A DNA stretch of 54,276 nt from an uncultured Pseudomonadota bacterium (GTDB lineage: Bacteria > Pseudomonadota > Gammaproteobacteria > UBA6186 > Azoamicaceae), in NCBI GenBank assembly GCA_902827015.1, contig CADEGZ010000001.1, positions 1 through 54,276 on the forward strand. Direction: 5' to 3'. Under the pieces are notes generated by a model. The model had not been told where the DNA came from and did no database searches. It saw only the letters and a program-made list of their open reading frames with translations. Below, in pieces: positions 45,401-53,400 of this stretch (its first letter is position 1; the number at the start of each line of letters is the position of its first letter). The position numbers were made by a program, and so were the translations under genes.

Positions 45401-48400
45401 ACCAGTCCAGCTCGTTCCAATGTAACTGACAGTCTTTTTCAATAACCTGTAACGGCTGCGGCATTTCTTCCCAAATAAATGCCGTACGTAACACAGAATA
45501 TTTTTGTAAAATACTTTCCCAGGATTTTTTAAATCTTAATACATCTAACTTCCCATACATATCCCATGTTAACTGAGTTAAGTAGTCATCTGAGTTTTGA
45601 TGATATAGATGGTGGAACAAAAATCCTTGTTGGATACTAGTAGCAGGCAAAATCTCTTCTAATTGAGGATACTTAGATACAATCTTATCTAATTGGTGTT
45701 GATTTAACTTACAAAAAGGAAAATCACCCGAAGATAAAATTTGCCTGTTAAAAGCACGACAAAAAATAATTAAATTTTCTATTTCTTCAATATAATCTTT
45801 AGCCCAATTTTTTACCGTTATTTCAGCATGAATATTTTGGCTATATAACCAATAAAAAATAAAATTATTATCCTGGATAAAACAATTCAGATCTAATAAA
45901 TGAGGCCTAATATTTTGCGGCCCCCGATCAAAACCACTTGTCATTGACACTATGTTAAAATACTTTTCTGAACTATGATCAGAAAATTTTCCTAGATAAT
46001 TATAAGCAAGCTGTGGCATAAAATTATTCCAACCGCACTTACTAGTATCTGAGTTTAAATATCGCAACATACCATAACTAAGTCCTTTATTGGGTATTAT
46101 GAGCAATTTATCCTTTATAAGTTTCAGATCTTGTAATATCTCCCCTGTTTCTGAGATTTCTAGAGATAATGGATACATGTTGGTAAACCATCCAATAGTT
46201 CGCGATAGATCAATTTGATCAGTTAAAGTCTCACGACCATGACTATCAAAGTTTAATACCCAAATTCGATTTTCAGTGTGTTTTTTTAATACCCTTAAAA
46301 GAGCCGTTACTAAAATATCATTTATTTTTAAACTAGTTTGTGCGGTGAGATTATTTACTAAATAACTGGTAGAATCAGTATCTAATTTATAAATAAATTC
46401 TCGCATGCTAGCTTCAATATTTTTACCTTGATAATCTAATGGTAACTCACCGCTAGAATTAGATAGCTGCTTTTGCCAAAAAGATAAATCAACAGTATTT
46501 TTCTCGTCCATCGCCTTTTCAGATAAATAATTAGCCCACTGACGCAAAGAACTAGTTTTTTCTGGAAGCGAAACTTCACAATTATTGATTAATTTATGAT
46601 AAACATTATTTAAATCCTCTAATAATATTTTCCATGAAAATGCATCAATAATTAAATGGTGAGCAATAATATAAAAGTGCTCATCAAAATTACCATTTAT
46701 CTTATTAAAGACAACTGCTTTAATTAATGCACCTTTTTCAAGATCTAAACTGGATTGCATGGCTTGTAAGTGTTTATTTATTGTATTTTCGTAATTAAAA
46801 CTATTAGTTTGTTGTAATGTAATGCACTCTACATAGTCACTGTTAACTTTGTCTAGATAATACTGCTCCCATATAGAATTATCATTCACAAAACATAATC
46901 TAAATGCGTCATGATGTTTTACCAATATTTTAAATGTTTCATTCAATTTTTCAATATCTTTATTTCCATTCCACTTAATTTTGAACACTTGATTCCAATA
47001 ATTATTTTCAATCAACTTCAAATCAAAAAACCAATGTTGAATTGGCAATAGATTAACTCGCCCAGTAAGAAAACCTTGCTCTGGACTAACAGATTTCTTT
47101 GGTTTTATTTTAGAAACTAAACTGGCGATAGTGTTTGATTCAAAAATATCCATTACAGTTAAATAAATTCCTTCTTCATAACCTTTTGCAATAACTTGTA
47201 AAGCCGAAATTGAATCTCCTCCTAATTCAAAAAAATTATCTTCTACTCCTATAGGGGCAACGTTTAATACCGATTCCCAGATGATTGTGAGCTTCTTCTC
47301 TTGATCACTGATTGGAGGAATAAAATTTTTACTGGCGTTATAATTCAAATAAGGATCTGGTAATAAGTTTGTATCTAATTTATTGTTATTATTCAAAGGA
47401 AACTTGTCAACTCTGATAAAAAAAGCTGGGACCATATATTCAGGTAAGTTTTCATATAAATAGTTTCGTAAACCTTCAATTTCAATTGGTTTTTTTTCTA
47501 TGTAATATGCAATTAAGTGCTTATTTTGAAATTTATCGTCTTTTGCTATCACTACATTATCTATTACATTTGGATAAGCATTAATCGTTTGAACAATCTC
47601 CGCAGGTTCAATTCGATAACCACGAATCTTAATTTGCTCATCAACTCGGCCTAAATAATTAACAATACCTTCAGGCAACCAACAAGCAATATCACCTGTT
47701 TTATACATCTTATTAGCATCAAAAAAAGGATCTTGCAAAAACCTTTCTGCAGTCAACTCTGGTTTATTAAAATACCCCTTAGAAACACTTTTTCCTGAAA
47801 TATACAATTCACCAGGAATGCCAATAGGGCAAAGCCTTCCATTGCTATCAAGAATATAAAGTTTAGTATTAAAAGCTGGCTTCCCTATAGGATAAGTGAA
47901 TAAATACTTATTTGCGTTATTAACATCAATAATAAAGGCGGCAGTGGCTACAGTAGTTTCTGTAGGTCCATATTCATTAACAATCTTATGGTGTTGATAC
48001 CTTGTAAGCCATTCTTTAACTTCATTGACCTGTAGGGCCTCACCACCTAAAATAAAAAACCTTAATGATTCTAATTTATGCTGCCCATTCGCAAAGCGAC
48101 ACATTTGAATAAAGTAACTTGGTGTGCATTTAGAAAATGAAATTTGTTTTTCTTCAAGATGATTAAGATAAAGAACTGGATCTTTTTTTACTTCATCATC
48201 ACAAATTGCAACGGTACATCCCTGCAATAAGGGTAAAATAGAACAAGTAACTGATAAATCAAAAGATACAGATGTAGAAAAATCAAAAGTGTCTTTTTTG
48301 GAAACCATAAACACTTTACTAAACCAATTGGTATAATTGAGAACGTTACTATGGCTAATCATTACCCCTTTAGGTTTTCCAGTCGATCCAGAAGTATAAA

Positions 48401-50438
48401 TTAAATAAGCTAATTGACTGGATACAATTGATATATTCGGTGAAGCTACATTCTGTAAATTGATAAATTCATAATCACTGTCTAGATTGACCAAATGATC
48501 AGCATGTACATTTAATTTAGTTATAACCTTGTTATTCGTAATAACTATATTTACTTTAGCATCGCTAAGCATGTATCCAATCCGTTCTTTTGGATAACTA
48601 GGATCTAAAGGTAAATATGTAGCACCAATTTTTAGTACGGCTAATATTGCAACAAATGTATCTATTGAACGATTTAAGCAGATCCCTATTATATCTTCAG
48701 ATTTGGATCCTAAGACAAGTAAATAATTAGCTAATTTATTTGATTTTTCTTCAAGCTCTTGATAGTTTATTGATTCATGATTATAGGAAACAGCAACTTT
48801 ATTAGGGTTAGATTTAACTTGCTGAAAAAAATTAGTTACTATAGTTTGATGAGGATCAATTAAATAATCTGTACTATTCCACTGATATAATAGTAAGTCT
48901 TTCTCTTCTCTATTCAAAATGTCTATATCTCCGATTTTAGACTGAGGATTTGTAACTATAAATTTCAATATTTTTTGGTAGTGCTCAGCTAAATTTTTAA
49001 TAAAATATTCATCAAATAGATCAGTATTATATTCAATAATCCCTTCAACGAAATCTCGGATCCTTTTAAAAGATAAAGAGAGCTCAAACTTAGCATAATA
49101 AAATTGGAATCTATCTTCCTTCACAACTAAACCGGGAAATTCAACAGTATCAGACTCACTTATAGAATAATCAAACATAGTTTGAAATATAGGAGCACGA
49201 TTTTTTTCATAATTAAATTTTACACAACTTAATAACCTATCGAAAGGTAATTTCTGATGTTCACGAGCTTCAATAAACAATTGATTAACTTCAGAAAATA
49301 AGTCTTGGATTTTTTCAACTTTATATAAGTTAATCCTTAATGGTACTGGATTGATTAAAAATCCAATTACACTTAAAAACTCTTCATACTCCCGATTAGC
49401 AAACGAGCTTCCAACTATTAAATCAGATTGTTGAGTGTAGTAGTTAAGCAATAAGTAATATGCAGCCAACAACACAACATGTTCTGAAATAGAGTAAGTG
49501 TATGTTACTTTATTAATATTTTCTACAAGCGCATTATTAATTTGAAAAAATTCACGTTTACCGTTATAAGTTTGTTTCTTTAGCCTATTTTTTGCTGGCA
49601 AAAATACTGGGGTTATATCTTTTAGTTTATTCTGCCAGTACTTAACTGTTTCATCCAACTGATCTGAATAAACAAGTTGATTTTGCCAAGAAGAAAAATC
49701 GATATATTGATAGTTCACTAAAGCTAATGATGGTTCTTTATTTTCATTGTAATTTATATAGGCTTCCCAAAACTCACGCATTAATAAATCTAAAGACCAT
49801 GAATCAATAATAATATGATGTATAACCCATACTAAGGTATAGTGGTTATTCTCTTCCTCAAGAAGATGAACCCTAAATAACGGCGCTATTGTCATTGAAA
49901 TAGGCTGATGAGTAATTTGTTTAATCCACTCATCCTTGTCAGTATTAATTTCTGTCATCTTTTGGTAAAAAAATGGTACTTCCACATTTTCTTCTACAAT
50001 TTGTTGTGGTTCATTGTCTATAATTAAATTTTTAGTTCGAAGAATTTCATATCTAGAAATCAAATATTGCAGACTTTTAATTAAATTACTTACATAGAGT
50101 TTACCTTGCAAACGATAAACTAAAGGAACGTTATACATCCCCTGAGGAACATCTCCTTGTAAGAATTGCCATAAACCTTTTTGGTTAGCAGAAAGAGCAA
50201 ATTTATTTCTATGAACAACCCTAACCAATTGACTAGAATTTTTTTGCTTTTGCTGTTGCAATAATAAATCAACAATAGCTTCTTTATTTGCAATAAGTTG
50301 TTGAATATCACTTTGGTTAAGAATACCTTTTGGTGCACTATAACGTAATTGCTGACTTGAATCTAACCAAATCTTCACACCTTTTTTATTAAACCCCTTA
50401 ACTAAATTGTACAACCTAAATTCATCCAAACTACTCAT
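42483..50438 (-). CDS. Two-module NRPS: N-terminal docking domain - C - A(Asn code) - T - E - C(DCL-type) - A(Asx-like code) - T - acidic C-terminal docking tail
   Basis: Docking ..KKGVKIWLDSSQQLRYSAPKGILNQSDIQQLIANKEAIVDLL; C IHHIIIDSWS (~49801-49825); A3 LAYLIYTSGSTGKPKG (~48366-48395); T GGDSISALQ (~47209-47229); E LLPIQHWFF, AHHLIIDAFSWKIL (~46632-46664), FDSHGRE, RTIGWFT; C ILPATSIQQGFLF, YDHLIFDGWS (~45229-45255); A3 LMYVMYTSGSTGTPKG (~43796-43824); T GGHSLKAVQ (~42649-42669). Confidence 0.93.
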   Translation of the reverse strand: MSSLDEFRLYNLVKGFNKKGVKIWLDSSQQLRYSAPKGILNQSDIQQLIANKEAIVDLLLQQQKQKNSSQLVRVVHRNKFALSANQKGLWQFLQGDVPQGMYNVPLVYRLQGKLYVSNLIKSLQYLISRYEILRTKNLIIDNEPQQIVEENVEVPFFYQKMTEINTDKDEWIKQITHQPISMTIAPLFRVHLLEEENNHYTLVWVIHHIIIDSWSLDLLMREFWEAYINYNENKEPSLALVNYQYIDFSSWQNQLVYSDQLDETVKYWQNKLKDITPVFLPAKNRLKKQTYNGKREFFQINNALVENINKVTYTYSISEHVVLLAAYYLLLNYYTQQSDLIVGSSFANREYEEFLSVIGFLINPVPLRINLYKVEKIQDLFSEVNQLFIEAREHQKLPFDRLLSCVKFNYEKNRAPIFQTMFDYSISESDTVEFPGLVVKEDRFQFYYAKFELSLSFKRIRDFVEGIIEYNTDLFDEYFIKNLAEHYQKILKFIVTNPQSKIGDIDILNREEKDLLLYQWNSTDYLIDPHQTIVTNFFQQVKSNPNKVAVSYNHESINYQELEEKSNKLANYLLVLGSKSEDIIGICLNRSIDTFVAILAVLKIGATYLPLDPSYPKERIGYMLSDAKVNIVITNNKVITKLNVHADHLVNLDSDYEFINLQNVASPNISIVSSQLAYLIYTSGSTGKPKGVMISHSNVLNYTNWFSKVFMVSKKDTFDFSTSVSFDLSVTCSILPLLQGCTVAICDDEVKKDPVLYLNHLEEKQISFSKCTPSYFIQMCRFANGQHKLESLRFFILGGEALQVNEVKEWLTRYQHHKIVNEYGPTETTVATAAFIIDVNNANKYLFTYPIGKPAFNTKLYILDSNGRLCPIGIPGELYISGKSVSKGYFNKPELTAERFLQDPFFDANKMYKTGDIACWLPEGIVNYLGRVDEQIKIRGYRIEPAEIVQTINAYPNVIDNVVIAKDDKFQNKHLIAYYIEKKPIEIEGLRNYLYENLPEYMVPAFFIRVDKFPLNNNNKLDTNLLPDPYLNYNASKNFIPPISDQEKKLTIIWESVLNVAPIGVEDNFFELGGDSISALQVIAKGYEEGIYLTVMDIFESNTIASLVSKIKPKKSVSPEQGFLTGRVNLLPIQHWFFDLKLIENNYWNQVFKIKWNGNKDIEKLNETFKILVKHHDAFRLCFVNDNSIWEQYYLDKVNSDYVECITLQQTNSFNYENTINKHLQAMQSSLDLEKGALIKAVVFNKINGNFDEHFYIIAHHLIIDAFSWKILLEDLNNVYHKLINNCEVSLPEKTSSLRQWANYLSEKAMDEKNTVDLSFWQKQLSNSSGELPLDYQGKNIEASMREFIYKLDTDSTSYLVNNLTAQTSLKINDILVTALLRVLKKHTENRIWVLNFDSHGRETLTDQIDLSRTIGWFTNMYPLSLEISETGEILQDLKLIKDKLLIIPNKGLSYGMLRYLNSDTSKCGWNNFMPQLAYNYLGKFSDHSSEKYFNIVSMTSGFDRGPQNIRPHLLDLNCFIQDNNFIFYWLYSQNIHAEITVKNWAKDYIEEIENLIIFCRAFNRQILSSGDFPFCKLNQHQLDKIVSKYPQLEEILPATSIQQGFLFHHLYHQNSDDYLTQLTWDMYGKLDVLRFKKSWESILQKYSVLRTAFIWEEMPQPLQVIEKDCQLHWNELDWSNLDVDKEQMFKEYIAKDRTKGFDLSKAPLLRLSLIKLSEDKFRLIWSYDHLIFDGWSTSIILKDLFALYEVPVNSVKYLEKESISFADYVKWLSSNHIESKTFWCEYLDGFKNLTGFPMSEELFIEDKDINHGNIYYLSTSFTNNLIEFSRKNAFTLNTLVQASWAFLLSQYSNESDVVFGVTVSGRNVPFQKVNEIVGMFINTLPLRVKCKSMKSIIESLVMIQENMRIISQYETSSLAEIGEWVGVSASNLLNTNIVFENYPVEDKVLSVSEQMNHSDQILISRPIPYVKSGYPLTLVIIPGKKLGIQFSYKTCYFSTKFIERLREYFLNTLKYIIDNPQKQFFSIEYLSLDEKKLLELQLMGPKVVVDNKFVYQQISDIARRVPKTLAIVEDEKKINYGELNESSNRLAHYLRSKNVKPDTFVAIYSPRSALAIVAMLAVNKAGGAYVPLDIYTPSERIKFILEDTKAEVLITEREYLSNINAHHDIKHVILLDELPAEVAEQSKENPININKPQDLMYVMYTSGSTGTPKGVLIEHQSVCNYVQWASHFFINNNGCGVPVHTSLAFDITITAIYPPLVCCHPLYIIRENKGLDGLIEILSESHVYSLIKLTPTHLKILQQCLPSSIEQHVNTIVVGGELLEAKLIESLIHKGACIINEYGPTEATVGCIATQISCKSLPKQGGVPIGMPINNTNLYVLNDECQVSPIGVIGNLYIGGAGLARGYLNNLSMTEEHFVELPFTNQRYYKSGDLVKRLEDGSLEFIGRRDNQVKFNGYRIELNEIEQCLQAHEDIKQVAVILNDINNDKQLIAYYQSGEFSPSKIELREYLKEFLPEYMIPNDFIEVSEIPMTGSGKVDQKALTLIKPLKEIEEQASFILPKTNIEEKIHTVWCAVLNKPKISIQDNFLDLGGHSLKAVQIITRLNELFKVNISLKLLFESRTIEKLAENLEIILDFSKDAEVFEEVIEL
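42486..42518 (-). other. Acidic C-terminal tail (..DAEVFEEVIEL-stop), candidate docking peptide
   Basis: A short unstructured acidic/hydrophobic tail follows the last T domain. The next gene starts with a beta-hairpin-type docking domain. Confidence 0.45.
50244..50438 (-). other. TubC-like N-terminal NRPS docking domain
   Basis: MSSLDEFRLYNLVKGFNKKGVKIWLDSSQQLRYSAPKGILNQSDIQQLIANKEAIVDLLL fits the GV.LW....LRY.APKG.L......L...K..I..LL pattern remembered from TubC-type docking domains. Confidence 0.65.
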
Positions 50439-53400
50439 AATATCCCCTCTTCTAATTCCACAAAATTCGTTGACAAGATCTGCTCAGTATTACTAACTAA
50501 TAAAGTCGCTAAATCAATTCTATTAGAAAACTCCCGCAAAGTTTTTGATTCAAATACAGTCTTTAATGGTAAATCAACATTGAAGTTTTTCTTTACTTTT
50601 ATAAGCATCTGTACTGCTAACAGTGAGTGTCCACCTAATTTAAAGAAATTATCAGTCAAACTAACTTTTTCTCGTTTTAATAATTCACTCCAAATATCAG
50701 CAATTTTAATTTCAACTTCTGTTTGAGGAGGAATAAAATGATTATTTTCTAATGATTTTATAATAGGCTCTGGCAAAGCATTATAATCGATCTTCCCATT
50801 ATTAGACAAAGGAAATTTTTCAAGGTAAATGATTGCTGTTGGCAGCATATAACTTGGCAACCGTTGTTGTAAATAAGATTGCACATCTTCCACTGAGATA
50901 TCTTTTTCAGTCAATATATAGGCTATCAATTGTAAGCCTATTTCTTCCGATCGTATTACAACGATAGCGTCTCGAATATCAGGATAATCTTTTAAACACG
51001 AAGCTATCTCACCTAACTCAATTCTATAGCCACGTATTTTAACCTGGTGATCAACTCTTCCTAAAAATTCAATATTCCCATCTGGAAAATAACGTCCTAA
51101 ATCACCTGTACAATATAAATAACCCAATTCAGGATGATTTATAAAACTTTTCTCTGTACGCTCTTTATCTCGCCAATAACCTTTTGCTACACCTACCCCA
51201 CCAATATACAATTCTCCAGGAACTCCTATAGGCTTTGGTTCGCCTCTATTATCTAAAATATAAAACTTCTGATTAGCCAAAGGTTTTCCGTATGGAATAC
51301 TGCGCCAACTCAGATCTATTTGATCTATCGGATAAATAATTGACCAAATCGACGCTTCAGTCGCACCACCTAAGCTGTTAACTTGAACTTCTTTGCCAAA
51401 TACCTGACGAATTTGTTCAGGTAAAGTTAGTGGTAACCAATCACCACTTAATAAAATAACTCTCAAACTTCTTAAGGTATTATCAAATGAAGATTGTTCA
51501 AGTTGATGTTTAACATACTCTGTAAACATTTGCATTAATGCTGGGACTGAGTTCCAAATAGTTATCTTCTCTTCCAGAAATAATTTAAACCAATGCGCAG
51601 GATCTTTTCGTCCAGATTCCGCTGGTAATACTAAGGTGCCGCCTGCTGCTAAACAACCAAAAATATCATAAACTGATAAATCGAAATTCAAAGCAGACAA
51701 TCCTAATACCTTATCTTCATTTGTAACTTTGAACCGTTGATTTATCGTTTGTATGGTATTGACAGCCCCTTGATGATCAATCATTACTCCTTTAGGTTGT
51801 CCAGTAGAGCCTGAGGTAAAGATAACATATGCCAAGTCATCTAATGCCTGAACTGTACCTGGATCGTGTATAGGCTGATTTTGCCAAAAAGAAAAATCAT
51901 CCACAACTAAACATTGTATATTCGCAGGCCAATCATAAGCTGCGGCATATTCTTTTTGAGTTAGAAATACCGTTACTTCACCTTGTTTTAGTAATTGTTC
52001 AATTCGTTTTACAGGGGTATCAATTGTAATGGGGAGATACGCAGCACCCGCTTTCATAATACCAATAGCAGCGACTACTTCTTCCCAACCTTTTTCCATA
52101 ATAATTGCAACCAATTGATTAGGTTTTATATTTATTGATCGTAAATACCAGGCAATTTGATTAGCGTGGCTAATAAGTGATTGATAAGTTATATTACCAC
52201 GTGCTGAGCACACTGCTAAATGTTGTGGATAATGTCGAGCAGCTTCATCTATTAACTGATGTAAATATTTTTTAGGAAAGTCTAAGACTGTATCATTCCA
52301 ACCATACAAAATTCTCTCTCTCTGTTGCAAGTCTAGCAAAAATAAATCATCAATAGGAATATTAGGAGACTGGACTATTTGCTCTAAAAGTAGCCTATAA
52401 GTATGAATAATTTGATCAATCATTGAATCCGAAAAAAGATCAGTATTATATTCAAAAGCGGCAGTAATTTCCTCAATTTTATCAAAAATAAATAAAGTTA
52501 AATCATATTTTGCTGTACTATAATTTACTGGTATTTCTATCATTTTTTTACCAGCAAAATTGCTGTCTTTGCTTAATTCTTGTTGATAAGAAAACATTAT
52601 CTGAAATAAAGCATTATGATCGATTTGACGCTCAATGTTTAACTCTTCAATTAGTTTTTCAAAAGGTAATTCACGATAATTAAATGCTTTTAATAGTTTA
52701 TCTTGTGTATACTTTAGTATTTGTAAAAATGTTATTTTATCTTCAAATTTATGATGGATAACTAGTATATTTAAAAAGCAACCTATCAATTGCTCTAAAG
52801 CAATATCGTTACGAATTGATATGGGTGTTCCTATTGATAAATCATTTTGTCGGCTATAGCGATAAAGCAAAACAAACAACACAGATAAAAATAAGCTAAA
52901 AGAAGTACTATTATTATCCGATGTTAGCTTTTTTACTGCCAACGTTATATTTGCAGGTATAGTGAAATGCTTAGTACGACCACAATATGTCTGAACAGTG
53001 GGCCTTGCTTTCATAATTGGTAACTGAATCGCTGATACATTATCTTTTAATTCTTCTCTCCAATAATTAAGTGCCTCCTTAAAGTTATTCTTTGTTAAGT
53101 CTTCCTTTTGCCAAAGACTGAAATCAGCGTATTGTAAATTTAAATTTTTTATAAAAGCTATTGTACCTTTAGTCATTTTATAATAATATTCAGACAGCTG
53201 ATTAATTAAAATGCCTGAAGACCATGCATCGAAAATAATATGATGAACGGTAATAACCAGAAAAGATTTTTGCTGTAGGTATCCGAGTAAAATTTTTATA
53301 AGAGGGGGATTTGAGAGATCAAATAATTCTTCAGTTTGAAGTTTTATTAATTTTTTTAATTCCCTATTAAACATAGATGAGTCTAAATTTGTTAAATTAT

